Positions 1 to 12,753 of a stretch of 27,562 bases of DNA are shown here, piece by piece; the first letter of the stretch is position 1, and the number at the start of each line of letters is the position of its first letter. A program made the translations under genes and the position numbers. The stretch spans positions 1-27,562 of the forward strand of contig NW_021834737.1 in assembly GCF_006345805.1 (NCBI RefSeq). Direction: 5' to 3'. Below the pieces are notes generated by a model, which saw only the letters and a program-made list of their open reading frames with translations, had not been told where the DNA came from and did not search any database. This DNA is from Octopus sinensis (taxonomy: Eukaryota).

Positions 1-437
1 GAAGGAGAGAGAAAAGTAGAAGGTAGAGAGAGAGAGAGAGAGAAAAATGAGTGAGAAAGAAAGAAAGGAGAAATGAGAAAGAGAGTGTTCGGTAGAAATA
101 AGAAAGAAAACGAGAGAGGGAGAGAGCGAAGGAGAGTGTGTCACAGAGAGAGAGAGAGAAAAATGAGTGAGAAAGAAAGAAAGAAAGAAAAGAGAAATGA
201 GAAAGAGAGTGTTAGGTAGAGATAAGAAAGAAAACGAGAGAGGGAGAGAGAGCGAAGGAGAGTGTGTCACAGAGAGAGAGAGAGAGAAAAATGAGTGAGA
301 AAGAAAGAAAGAAAGGAGAAATGAGAAGAGAGTGTTAGGTAGAGATAAGAAAGAAAACGAGAGAGGGAGAGAGAGCGAGGGAGAGAGAGCGAGGGAGAGA
401 GAGCGAGGGAGAGAGAGCGAGGGAGAGTGTGTCACAG
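1..437. repeat. Purine-rich minisatellite, three copies of a ~126-bp GA-rich unit
   Basis: The unit-end marker GTGTGTCACAG recurs, ending at 146, 272 and 437. The third copy is lengthened by repeats of a 14-bp GGGAGAGAGAGCGA sub-unit. Confidence 0.85.
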
Positions 438-714
438 AGAGAGAGAGAGAGAGAGGGGGGGTGGTTGAAGTGTGAGAAATTAATCTAAGAGGTTCAATGA
501 ATGAAAGAAAGACGGTGAGAGCGCAAAAGACGGAAGAATAACGGAGAATACAGTGGAATATTCGCGGTTGTAAAAACAGACAAAATGAACAAACCGGATT
601 ATTTTGCAAAAAGTAGGAAAAAAATTATAGATTTGTGGTTTTCTGTTGAGATGATAATAAATATAAATGATATAGCGTATTATTGACAGCCATGCATTAG
701 GAATAAACACACTC

Positions 715-1334
715 ATATGTATAAGCATACATACATACATACATACGTACATACATACATACATACATACATAAATACATACATGCATACGTACATACAT
801 ACGTACATACATACACACATACATACATACGTACGTACATACATACATACATACATACATACATACATGCATACGTACATACATACGTACATACATACAC
901 ACATACAAACATACGTACGTACATACATACATACATACATACATAAATACATACATGCATACGTACATACATACGTACACACATACACACATACATACAT
1001 ACGTACGTACATACATACATACATACATACATACATACATACATACATACATACACACATACATACATACATACATGCATACATATATACATACATACAT
1101 ACATAGATACATACATACACACATACATACATTTACATACATACATACATATATACATACATACATACATATATTAACATACATACATACATACATACAT
1201 ACATACATACATACATACATACATACATACATACACATATACATACATACATACAAACATATATACATACATACATACATATACTACATACATACATACA
1301 AATACATACATACAACATACCATACATACACATA

Positions 1335-1368
<34 letters not shown>

Positions 1369-1423
1369 CATTTACATACAGACATATATACATACATACA
1401 TACATACATGCATACATACTATA

Positions 1424-1462
<39 letters not shown>

Positions 1463-2052
1463 CATACATACAGACATATATACATACATACATATATACA
1501 TACATACAACATACATATATACACACATACATATACTACATACATACATTACATATACACACATACATACATACATAATATATACATACATACATACATA
1601 CATATATACATACATACATATATACATACATACATACATATATACACACATACATGCATACATTACATACATAATACATACATACATACATACATACATA
1701 CATACATACAGACATATATACATACATACATACATACATAAACAACTATAAATACATAACATACATACATATATACATACATACACCATATATACATACA
1801 TAATATATAATATATACATACATATATACACATACATATATACATATATACATACATACATTTATACACACATACATATATACATACATACATACATATA
1901 TACATACATACATATATACATACATACATACATATATACACACATATATATATACATACATACATACATATATACACACATACATACATACATACATATA
2001 TACATACATACATACATACATATATACATACATACATACATACATACACATA

Positions 2053-2086
<34 letters not shown>

Positions 2087-2135
2087 CATACATACATACA
2101 TATATACATACATACATACATACATGTGTATGTAT
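715..2135. repeat. Compound (TACA)n/(TA)n microsatellite, ~1.4 kb
   Basis: Directly visible. It accounts for the MYVC/HTYI ORFs between 480 and 2216. Confidence 0.95.
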
Positions 2136-2179
2136 GTGTCTATGCACATGCATACAACTCTTTCTCTCTGTATACATTA

Positions 2180-2596
2180 GTGTGGCTGTGTGGTAAGAAG
2201 CTTGCTTCCCAACCACATGGTTCCGGGTTCAGTCTCACTGCGCGGCACCTTGGGTAAGTGACTTCTGCTATAGACTCGGGCCGACCACAGCCTTGTGACT
2301 GGATTTCGTATAGGAAAGCTGAAAGAAGCCTGTTGTGTGTATGTGTGTATATATATGCATGTATGTATGTATGTATGTATGTATTTGTGTGGTGCGTCTG
2401 CCCTCGCCCACCCCATCATCACTTGACAACCGATGCTGGTGTGTTAACGTCCCCATAATTTTGCGGCTCGGCAAAAGAGACCGATTGAATAAGTACTAGG
2501 CTTACAAAGAATAAGTCCTGGGATCGATTTGTTCGACTAAAGGCGGTGCTCCAGCATGGCCACAGTCAAATGACTCTGCAATAACTAAAAGAATGT
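2180..2596 (+). mobile_element. tRNA-derived SINE, family 1, near full length, with an internal TG/TA microsatellite
   Basis: A-box-like TGGCTGTGTGGTAAG and B-box-like GGTTCAGTC. The body matches copies at 18100-18492, 18977-19153, 22753-22909 and 24440-24650. It resembles octopus tRNA-derived SINEs from memory; I did not assign a named family. Confidence 0.85.
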
Positions 2597-2718
2597 GTAT
2601 ATACATATCTTTCTCTTTTTTCTTTCCTCTGTGTATGTGTGAGTGTGTGTATACACACTCACATATTTATACATATATACATATGTATGTGTGTGAGAGA
2701 GAGAGAGGGAGAGAGAGG

Positions 2719-2757
<39 letters not shown>

Positions 2758-2879
2758 CTTGTGGTTTTAATGTTTAGGGATATTCGGATCAGAATCTTAA
2801 GATCGATCCCTGACGACGCGTTCTGTCCTTCAAGAAGACCTTTAATTTCACGTTGCTCCGGTCCACTGAAGCAGGCAAA

Positions 2880-3340
2880 AACATGAGTAGTACCTGTAAC
2901 CCAAAGTAGGCCGAATTTGCCTCACTCTGAATCTCCCTGAGAGCTATGTTAAAGCTACACGTGCCTATGGAATACTCAGCCACTTGCACGTTAATTTCTC
3001 GAGAAAAAACTCTTCCGTTGATTGGATCAACTGGAACATTGGCAGTTGTAACGAACCTTCTCCAGACACCCCGTTTGCTCGTCCTTCTCCTGGCCCCACT
3101 CTGATCAACTACTGTCACTATCATGTCGTTCCGGATCGTACAGTGCCACGTCTTCCTTCGTCTTCCTCTCGATCTTTTCTCTATTTCCGGCGTCACCTCC
3201 AGCATGATGGTGGCATGTCTCTCCTGCAGTAACCTCTTCGTTTGGTGTCACTCTGTTACTGTATGAGATGCACAGGACGGAACGGGTCGAAATATGTGTT
3301 GCACCTAAAAAATCTATTACACATTCCATCTCCTATTCCA
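2880..3340 (-). mobile_element. Degenerate 3' fragment of an RTE-like LINE (ORF2 C-terminus and 3' UTR)
   Basis: ORF 2789..3205 contains RSRGRRRKTW..IRND...VWRRFV, resembling the RGRPRKTW...D...WR tail of RTE-clade ORF2. A frameshifted RW-MCN-like motif lies near 3320-3335. Confidence 0.6.
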
Positions 3341-3525
3341 TTAACACTATTACCCCAACCGCCACTACGAAGTTCCTGCAATACATCTACAGACAACAAC
3401 AGGTAGTAGAAACTGTGCTGGTGATTTACTCATCAGTTATTTATACATTTTGTACAATGTTTCCCTTATTATCCACCATCACCCGTTTTACGGACGACAG
3501 TGCTTACCTTTAACGCGTTGAGAAG

Positions 3526-3759
3526 ATGGAAAAAATGGTATTAGACGTCTCACTCAAAGACATACCTATACCCGGAAGAAAAGAATACAAGAGATTATTT
3601 CTTGAGAAGACCAGCCAATTCATTCGTAGAATGCGATAGAGAGATGACTTCTTCGACCACAAAGAAAACAAACCAAACGAGTCAGTAACTAATCAAATTC
3701 TTCAACGCGATTTTAAATCACGAAACTCCACAAGCAGACACACTCAACATAATAAATAG
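3526..3759 (+). pseudogene. N-terminal fragment of a Penelope-like element ORF with an in-frame stop
   Basis: Manual translation gives MEKMVLDVSLKDIPIPGRKEYKRLFLEKTSQFIRRMR*RDDFF...DFKSRNS. This resembles the SLKNIPIP...Y...EK...FI.RMRWKA.FF...GFKS motif I recall from Penelope-like ORFs, with TGG changed to TAG at 3637-3639. Confidence 0.6.
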
Positions 3760-4418
3760 AAAGGGATTAGAAATAGTAAATAACTTAAATATACACGATA
3801 GAACTGAACCTTGTGTATCACAAAAACCACACAAATAAAAAACACATCACATACCAGTGCGAGATTTCTTTTTCCCCTGATGAAGGAGTAATTATTGTGA
3901 TGCACCCTCGTGCATTAAATATGGTAATGAACCCCTGAAATGGCCATAGGGGATGTAAATATGGTTTCTTCTTTTTTGCTCGGACACTGGCTTTTCATAA
4001 TGGGTTTTCCCTTATCTTAAAATATAATTTTTAATCGAAAAAATTTCTAAACGATGAACTTTTATCTTACCTTATATATTATATATTTATGTTTCCAATA
4101 TATATATATGTTTTTTTATATTTTTATATATTTATTTATTTATATATTTATATATTTCTTTATATTTTTATATATTTATTATTTTAGATGTTATAATGTT
4201 AAAATATATTTTTTTAGTCGCTAAAGTATAAATTTTTAATCCGATAGACTGTAATAACACATTTCTATTATATGCTTGTATTAATGAAATATGTTTCATC
4301 TTCTTTGATTTTATGCATCTATATTCTATGTGTATGGAAAAGCATTATGTGATTAAATGTTCGAGATGTGATATGTTACGTGGATGACCTTATATTTGTT
4401 TGTTCTGCAACCATAGTT

Positions 4419-4449
<31 letters not shown>

Positions 4450-5049
4450 GGAAAAAAGCAACAAAAATGGATCAAAATATCGGTACAATTGTTTCGTACG
4501 AGGACATCTTTAATAAGCTACAAAAAAATGCAGTAAATATAGATGGCTCGTACTCGTCAGCCGAAAAAACATCAGAGATTCCCAATCATCAAAAGGGGTA
4601 GATACAAATGAGAGTGTAAGTTTAACTGCATTGAAGAAAGTTCGATTCCTGGAGATCCGATGAAATGTCTTGAACTTACAGAATTTATGCATGTCCATAT
4701 ATAGCTCATAGTGAATAGATAATCAAGTTATGTGAAGAAATTTTGGATACATATATATAAAAGCATACTGGGAGAAAGGAAAGAAACGAAACGAAACGAC
4801 GCGAGGACGCTCAGTCATACAATAATGTAATAAACAAAATATATGCATACATACATACATATATGTACGTACCTACATCTACATGTATATATACATGCAT
4901 ATATAAATATATATATGTGAGTACAAGACACCACAAATAGACGTAGAACTCAACGAGAAACGAAAACATAAAAACAAGGGAACGGACTTTTTTTAACAAC
5001 GAAAAAAATAGAACACAGGACAAACAACACACGGAACATTCCCCTATAC

Positions 5050-5086
<37 letters not shown>

Positions 5087-5629
5087 TAATATATATATAT
5101 AATATATATATATATATAAGATGCGAAATATGCATTAAGTAAAAACTAAATTCAGCGCTTTAAACTATATACATTGAATAAGATTATTAATTAATATATT
5201 TATTTAATAAACATCCAAATAAAGTCTAATACACATTAAGCAATTTATACTAAAAACCTTAAGTTTAAGTAATATACACAATGCTAGTACAAGCCATAAA
5301 TACTGGAATCAAAAATAGAAAATGGTTCAAATATACACAATCCGTTATATAAACTAACTATAGTATTAATATATATGTAGTATCTATAGATTTAATATTT
5401 CACTCAATAGCATAGTTGGCCAAAATATCAATTAATATAAAACTAATTTACTTAAATGTAATACTACGTCATAAATATACCACCTAATTATTAAATAATG
5501 TATTGTCTAACAAAACAATTTCATTAAATACATTAAATCCATTTATAAAAATCATAATAAAGCATAGTAAATAAATAGATATCATAACTAATAATTATCA
5601 AGAAACTATATATAAAAATAATAATATTT

Positions 5630-5630
5630 C

Positions 5631-5665
<35 letters not shown>

Positions 5666-5870
5666 GAACAACAACAACAACAACAACAACAACAAGAACA
5701 ACACAACAACAACAACAACAATAACAACAATAATAATAATAATAATAACAATAATAATAATAATAATAACAATAACAATAACATAACAATAACAATAATA
5801 ATAATAATAATAATATAATAATATAATAATATAATAATAACAATAATAATATAATAATAATAATAACAAC

Positions 5871-5914
<44 letters not shown>

Positions 5915-5935
5915 CAATAATAATAATAATAATAA

Positions 5936-5989
<54 letters not shown>

Positions 5990-6010
5990 TAATAATAATA
6001 ATAATAATAA
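5630..6010. repeat. (AAC)n followed by (AAT)n microsatellite
   Basis: Directly visible. It is the source of the poly-L/Y/I/C ORFs. Confidence 0.95.
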
Positions 6011-6376
6011 ATTGATGTATCAATACCGGCAGATGACAACGTGTATCTAAAAGAACTGGAGAATCTTTCAAAATACAAAGACCTGGAAATGGAGGTAACC
6101 AGAATGTGGAATCTAAAAACAGAAACAATTCTTATCATAGTAGGTGCATTAGGCATGATAAAAAAAATATTCAGACAAATACATAACAAAAACACCAGGA
6201 CTTACAAACACATATAACATACAGAAAATTGCACTACTAGGCACTGCACACATCCTACGCAGAACACTTTCCATACAATAACCATCAGAGCATCACAACA
6301 AATCACAGCACATACCCAAGGCACACAGAGATGCGCTCGGTAGTGAAGTGAAAGCACGCTATAAAAAATAAAACTA

Positions 6377-6380
<4 letters not shown>
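6011..6380 (+). mobile_element. 5'-truncated R4/Dong-type non-LTR retrotransposon tail (restriction-like endonuclease) within (AAT)n
   Basis: Translates as IDVSIPADDNVYLKELENLSKYKDLEMEVTRMWNLKTETILIIVGALGMIKK, then a frameshift in an A-run, then YSDKYITKTPGLTNTYNIQKIALLGTAHILRRTLSIQ* (stop 6279-6281). (AAT)n lies on both sides. Confidence 0.75.
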
Positions 6381-6452
<72 letters not shown>

Positions 6453-6861
6453 TTATAGAGTACAAAATCCTTCCATATTTACATAATGCGCAACCTATGA
6501 CTACACGGAACATATCCTTGCTGTGATGCATTCGATTTTGGGCTCAGCATATAAATATTGAATTGCAAAATTTCCAAATAAACTTCAGGTATTCATGGCA
6601 TTAATAGTTAAGATATCAATATTTATGTTATTATTGCTATACAGTATCTTTCTTTCTAAAGTCCCAAATGGCTGTGAAAACGTTTTTTTCTTTAAATAGT
6701 CAAATTATATAATTATCTAGGAAAAGAGTAAAAGAAGAAGAGTAATACATTTGAATAGTGAAGTTAAATGATCATGAACTGAATGTGGTACACAATAAAC
6801 TATTTGTTTATCTGGAAGTTCCGAGTTCAAAACCTGCCGATGCTAACTTTACGGTTGATTA

Positions 6862-7015
6862 ATTAAGTCGATTACATCAACCCCAATGTTCAACTGGTAC
6901 TTATGTTATCGATCTCGAAAGGGTGAGAGGCAAAGTTGATGACCTCGGCGGAATCTGAACCCAGAAAGAAAAGACGGATTAAATGCTGCTAATCATATCG
7001 TCCGGTGTGATGACG
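6862..7015 (-). mobile_element. SINE family 2, degenerate fragment
   Basis: Shares TCGATTACATCAACCCC...ACTGGTACTTAT...GGCAAAGT...CTCGGCGGAAT with copies at 7945-8164, 8187-8331, 9760-9990 and 26894-27100. Confidence 0.7.
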
Positions 7016-7090
7016 ATTTTATTGAAATTTCTGTAGAACTTGGGAACAATTATTTCGATATTCCACAAGCGTCAATTCTGCGAATGTTGA

Positions 7091-7393
7091 TGTTGTTTGT
7101 TATTTCTCGAGCTATTCCTGGCTCATAAGGGCCTGTTTCCCGGTTTCATTGCGTATAGGTTCCCCACCTGGACGAGGCGCCGTTCCGTCGCAGGTGAGCT
7201 GCAAGATGCAGGAGGAGAGAGTGGGAGAAAATTGTGGCGAAATAGTCAGAAGTTCGCCATTACCTTCTGTCGGAACCGCGTGGACCTTAGGTGTTTCGCT
7301 CATAAACGCACATACCGCTCGGTCTCAGATTCGAACCAGCGATTCCTCAACCGCGAATCCGCTGCTCTACCCACTAGGCCATGTGCCTCCACC
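7091..7393 (-). mobile_element. tRNA-derived SINE, family 3, full length
   Basis: The minus strand begins GGTGGAGGCACATGGCCTAGTGGGTAGAGC (A box) and contains GGTTCGAATC (B box). It ends in an AACAAACAAC-type tail. Confidence 0.75.
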
Positions 7394-7437
7394 AATCCTA
7401 AAATGGCAAAAACAGTTTCTTTTTCTTAATTTTGAAA

Positions 7438-7805
7438 ATGCATGGCTGTGTGGTAAAGTTGACCATTTTGCAACCATGTGTTTTGCGTTCAGTCCTCATG
7501 TGTGACACTTTGGATAAACGTCTTCTATTACAGCTCCAGGCCAATCATTGCCTCAAGGGCGAATATAAGAGTTGGGGAAACTGTGCAGAAGATCATCGTA
7601 CACAAACATACATGCATATGTGTGTGTATGTATGTGTGCATGTGCTTGTGTGTGTGTGTGTTTTATTCTCGCCACTCCATGGTGGTTTGTTTACGCTCAA
7701 CGAACTAGCGGCTCGGCAAAATATAACGATAGAATAAGCAGCGCATTTCAAAATAACCACTTGGCTCGTTTTGTTCTACTAAAACCCTTCAAAGCATGGG
7801 CGCAA
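7438..7805 (+). mobile_element. Highly diverged SINE family 1 copy
   Basis: TGGCTGTGTGGTAA head, internal (TG)n and TAGCGGCTCGGCAAAA...GATAGAATAAG in the same order as in 2180-2596. Confidence 0.65.
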
Positions 7806-7944
7806 TCCAACAGCTGAAAAACGAAAAGATAGCTTTTATTTGTTCACAGCATGAAACTCTTTGGATAGAGATGACAAGGACGGACAAATCAGCCAATCAA
7901 AGTGTAGAAGAGAACTCAGAAAAGGTTCAAAACCATTACCATCA

Positions 7945-8164
7945 ACAATACAAGTTGCAACTTTTGGCGCAAGGTCAGCAATTTCGGGGGTAAAGGAGTT
8001 AAGTTGATTACATCAACCCCAGTGTACAACTGGTACTTATTTTATCGACCTGGAAAGGATGGGAGGCAAAGTTGTCCCGGGTTGAATTTTTAATCAGAAT
8101 GTAAAAACGGATGAACTTCTGCTAAGCATTTCGTCCGGCGTATTAACGATTCTGGCAGCTCGCC
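7945..8164 (-). mobile_element. SINE family 2
   Basis: The minus strand starts GGCGAGCTGCCAGAATCGTTAAT. Collinear with the other family 2 copies. Confidence 0.75.
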
Positions 8165-8186
8165 TCCTTGAGTCGGGTATATATCA

Positions 8187-8331
8187 TTGGTTTCAAATTT
8201 TGGCACAGGACCAGCTATTTCCGGGGGAATAGTAAAACGATTACATCGACCCTCTGTGCTCATCTGGTGCTTATTTTATCGACGCCGAAAAAGATGAAAG
8301 GCAAAGTCGATCTCGGCGGAATATGAACTCA
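8187..8331 (-). mobile_element. SINE family 2, 5'-truncated
   Basis: GGTTTCAAATTTTGGCACAGG...GATTACATCGACCC...GGCAAAGTCGATCTCGGCGGAATATGAACTCAG. Confidence 0.7.
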
Positions 8332-8388
8332 GCCCACAGCCGTCCCTGCACCTATAAATATATATATATATATGTGTATGTTTACTCC

Positions 8389-8435
<47 letters not shown>

Positions 8436-9114
8436 AAATCCGTTCTGTCTGTCTGTCTGTGTGTTTCCTAGGATCTCGGGCATCCTCCATCTGATTGCGC
8501 TAAAATTACTAAAAAATTACTAAAATCGATTCAAAGTTAGAATGCGATCGATAAAGCCGTGGGAACGTGCATTTGTACGCGCAAGTACATCAGCTATTGC
8601 AATCAATACTAGGTGTACGCAAGAAAAATGCACGTGCAGTTGCGCAAAAAAAGCCGGTTGGCTTGAAATAATGCCACAAAATGCAGTATATTTAAGAGAC
8701 CAAAAAAGTAAGATGCGAAAGAGATATTTTCTTCAAACTTGGCATGAAGGAAGGAAAGACTATTTGGTTTTTCAAGAAGGGGTTGTTGTTTTTTTACCTC
8801 AACGTCGTTTAAGTTAAGTTAAGCTACAAAATTTCACAAGCATAGGGAGGAAGATAGATGTTTCACGGACGACGGCCGAACCAAGAAAGAAAGATCAGGC
8901 TTGGCCGAACACTGGTCACATGGAGAGAGAAGAGAGAGGGAGAGGCAAAGGGACTGAAGAATTAAGGAGGGTCGAGAAAAAATGACAGGGACACAGTGAA
9001 GTGAAAAGAGGGGGCAAAGTGAGCAAGAGAAGGTAGGGAAATGTGAGAGAGGGGGAACGAAAGAACGAAGAATAATGTCGTACAAGATTTACATAAACAC
9101 ACACACACACACAT

Positions 9115-9116
9115 AT

Positions 9117-9194
<78 letters not shown>
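9115..9194. repeat. (GATA)n microsatellite
   Basis: Directly visible. Confidence 0.95.
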
Positions 9195-9195
<1 letters not shown>

Positions 9196-9432
9196 TACTA
9201 ATTTGAGCCATGAACTCCTTATAAAAATAGGGCAAGCTTCAAACCCTAGACAGCTGCGGCATAATCTCCGTCTTTCTATGTGAACTTTTTGAAAATCATT
9301 GTAAATTGTGAAACCGGTCGAAGCTTCAAATATTTTCGTGATAAACAAAATATCTTAACCATTCTCAATGCATTTTCAACCTCTGTTTTCCAGTATTTCC
9401 GCCCGTGTGGAGTAAAATAAATTTGTTTACTC

Positions 9433-9468
<36 letters not shown>

Positions 9469-9759
9469 TATGCCTGTGCACGTTTGTGTGTGAGGTGACT
9501 GTCTATTTGGCCTGAATTAGCCATTGTCCCTTCTACATATATTTGCCCGCTATTCTGTAGTAGCACACACAAATACACACACAGACAAACACTCACACAA
9601 ATACACACACAGACAAACACACACACAGACATACACACACACAGACAAACACTCACACAAACACACACACACACACACGTACACAGACAACTACCAGTCT
9701 GTTTGCTTGTTCATCTATGTCTCTGACACATACACACACACACACATTCATAAGTACAA

Positions 9760-9990
9760 TTTTTTTTTTTTTTTTTTTACTACCCACAAGGGGCTAAACA
9801 CAGAGAGGCAAACAAGGACAGACAAACGGATTAAGTCGATTATATCGACCCCAGTGCGTAACTGGTACTTATTTAATCGACCCCGAAAGGATGAAATGCA
9901 AAGTGGAATTTGAACTCAGAACGTAACGGCAGACGAAATACGGCTACGCATTTTGCCCGACGTGCTAATGTTTCTGCCAGTTCGCCGCCT
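9760..9990 (-). mobile_element. SINE family 2 variant with a poly(A) tail
   Basis: Minus-strand head GGCGGCGAACTGGCAGAAACATTAGCACG and B-box-like GAGTTCAAATTCC. The T-run at ~9760-9778 is the A tail. Confidence 0.8.
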
Positions 9991-10001
9991 ACGTACAATG
10001 T

Positions 10002-10892
10002 AAGTTTTAAAATGGTACCCGGATAGACAAATTTTAAAACGGTACCCGGATAGACAAGTTTTAAAATGGTACCCGGATAGACAAATTTTAAAATGGCACG
10101 CGGATAGACAACTTTGAAAATGGTACCCGGACAGACAAGTTTTAAAATGGCACGCGGATAGACAATTTTTAAAATGGTACCCGGATAGACAAGTTTTAAA
10201 ATGGTACCCGGATAGACAATTTTTAAAATGGTACCCGGATAGACAAGTTTTAAAATGGTACCCGGATAGACAAGTTTTAAAATGGTACCCGGATAGACAA
10301 ATTTTAAAATGGCACGCGGATAGACAACTTTGAAAATGGTACCCGGACAGACAAGTTTTAAAATGGTACCCGGATAGACAAGTTTTAAAATGGTACCCGG
10401 ATAGACAATTTTTAAAATGGTACCCGGATAGACAAGTTTTAAAATGGTACCCGGATAGACAAGTTTTAAAATGGTACCCGGATAGACAAATTTTAAAATG
10501 GCACGCGGATAGACAACTTTGAAAATGGTACCCGGACAGACAAGTTTTAAAATGGTACCCGGATAGACAAGTTTTAAAATGGCACGCGGATAGACAAGTT
10601 TTAAAATGGTACCCGGATAGACAAATTTTAAAATGGCACGCGGATAGACAACTTTGAAAATGGTACCCGGACAGACAAGTTTTAAAATGGTACCCGGATA
10701 GACAAGTTTTAAAATGGCACGCGGATAGACAACTTTGAAAATGGTACCCGGACAGACAAGTTTTAAAATGGTACCCGGATAGACAAGTTTTAAAATGGCA
10801 CGCGGATAGACAACTTTGAAAATGGTACGCGGACAGACAAGTTTTAAAATGGTACCCGGACAGACAAGTTTTAAAATGGTACCCGGATAGAC
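10002..10892. repeat. Minisatellite, 33 copies of exactly 27 bp (consensus AAGTTTTAAAATGGTACCCGGATAGAC)
   Basis: Counted unit by unit with no indels. A few recurring sequence variants are present. Confidence 0.97.
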
Positions 10893-11199
10893 ATCAGGTG
10901 CAGTAAATACCAGTATCTAAGTTAGATAGCCACTCAGGGATTCTTGTTCTGCTAGAAAAGCAGAAACATTTCCCTTGCATCGCACTCTACTTCATAGAAA
11001 ACGGTAGGGTCCATTTGATAACTTATTCTCACTACAATATGCTGAGAGGAAAGAATATTAAAGGTGTGGTGGTTACGCTTTGATGGATAGAATGTCTTTT
11101 GATGGTAGGTCGGATCAGGGTAGAATCGGGGCTAAACAACAATGTTCAGCACAATAACAAAAAAACAGAAGTAATACCAGCTCAAGCGCCAGAACTGTC

Positions 11200-11211
11200 A
11201 CCACCCCCATT

Positions 11212-11242
<31 letters not shown>

Positions 11243-11640
11243 CTACCACCACAACCACCACTACCACAATGTCTTGTACACCTACCCACAATCACCACTA
11301 CATTCAAACCTACCATTACCACCACCACCACAACCGCCACAACCACAACCATTACTTCTGCCACCTCCTCTACCTACCCACTCAACGACACCCACTACCA
11401 CCACCACCACCACCACCACCACTACCACCACCACCACCACCACCTCCACTTCATTTCCCACAACAACCCTCTATCCAGCACAGCTACCTCCGCTTCACCC
11501 CCACAACCCCCACAACTACCACGACTGTTACCTCTACGACCACCACCACCACCACCACCACCTCCGCCCCCTCCATGAGTATGTGTGGGTGTAGTAATTA
11601 TCACTGTTGCTGTTGATGGTGGTGGTGGTGTCGTTATTGT
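11200..11640. repeat. Low-complexity (CAT)n/(CAC)n triplet region
   Basis: Directly visible. It produces the poly-T/H/P ORFs. Confidence 0.85.
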
Positions 11641-12189
11641 AGGTGTTGGAGCGCGAAGTGTGTCTGAGCACGTGAAAAGTGACGGCGCGGCATTCCCCGC
11701 TCCGCAACGCCTCGTTAGGCTAATTGGTACGTGTGGGAGTTTGCGTGGGTGTCTTTTGGGGACGTTCTTAGTTTTGCGTAGGAGGAAAAAAATGCCGTGG
11801 AACTCCACAACTTTTGCGATAGGCACCAATAACTCAAAGACAGCACCTGCTGTGTGGGTGTGTTATTCCTCGTGTGTACTACACGTGAGTTTAGGACAGA
11901 TGTAAATAGAGAGTTGATGGCAGAGAACGGTTGAGGGTGCGCAGACAGATAGAACGATAGATAGAAAACAGATCCATCTTGACACATAGTGAGGGCGCCT
12001 GTATTGATGGGTGGGGGTCAGAGTAGGGTTGGCGGCCCTCAAGTAAAAAAAAAAAACAAAGAATAATAAGAGATGATTACGTGTGTATACAAGTATGCAG
12101 AACGTATGGTTGTGCGTAGAATGTTTGAGAGAGTGTTGTTTATATTCCAGTGTGTATTTTTCGTTCAATTCGTCTGTCTTTCATACTTG

Positions 12190-12203
12190 TGTGTATATGT
12201 GTA

Positions 12204-12251
<48 letters not shown>

Positions 12252-12541
12252 TTTCTACGAGCGCGTGTATATTCTTATCGGTATACTCACATACACATAG
12301 AGAACACACGCACATACACACTCATACACACACTCGGGTACACACAGATATACATAGTCACAGATATTTATTTAAATGCGTTTATGTATGTGTGTGTGTG
12401 CATATATGTATATATATGCATATAAACATATATAGACACACACACATATATATACACACACATGTATATACATATGTATATAAATATATATATAAATATA
12501 TTTATATACATATATATATACACATATATCTATATGTATTC

Positions 12542-12573
<32 letters not shown>

Positions 12574-12627
12574 ATAATATATAAAATATGAATTAGAGTT
12601 ATACTCACTAATGTTATTATATATATG

Positions 12628-12661
<34 letters not shown>

Positions 12662-12711
12662 TATGTAAACACACACATACATTCATATATACATATATAT
12701 ATATATATGTT

Positions 12712-12753
<42 letters not shown>

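Noticed and set aside
480-2216. Long MYVC/HTYI-repeat ORFs, up to 266 aa
   Set aside because: They are translations of (TACA)n, open in many frames on both strands.
3877-3900. CTGATGAAGG downstream of the Penelope-like fragment
   Set aside because: No matching GAAAC half follows.
4450-4615. Possible exon (AG at 4448-4449, GTAAGT at 4616) encoding MDQNIGTIVSYEDIF...
   Set aside because: All three frames contain a stop, there is no polypyrimidine tract, and the peptide has no recognisable homology.
5135-5600. AT-rich stretch considered as a mitochondrial insertion (NUMT)
   Set aside because: I could not recognise any mitochondrial ORF, tRNA or rRNA motif by eye. A BLAST against mitogenomes would settle it.
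8428-8600. Helitron-like 5' end with a (GTCT)n tract
   Set aside because: No 3' hairpin or CTRR terminus was identified, so the resemblance alone is too weak.
10002-10892. CRISPR array
   Set aside because: Units are contiguous with no unique spacers, there are no cas genes, and the context is eukaryotic.
10895-11145. Possible degenerate SINE 3' portion ending GGGGCTAAACAACAA
   Set aside because: No second copy or promoter boxes in this window. It rests on memory only.
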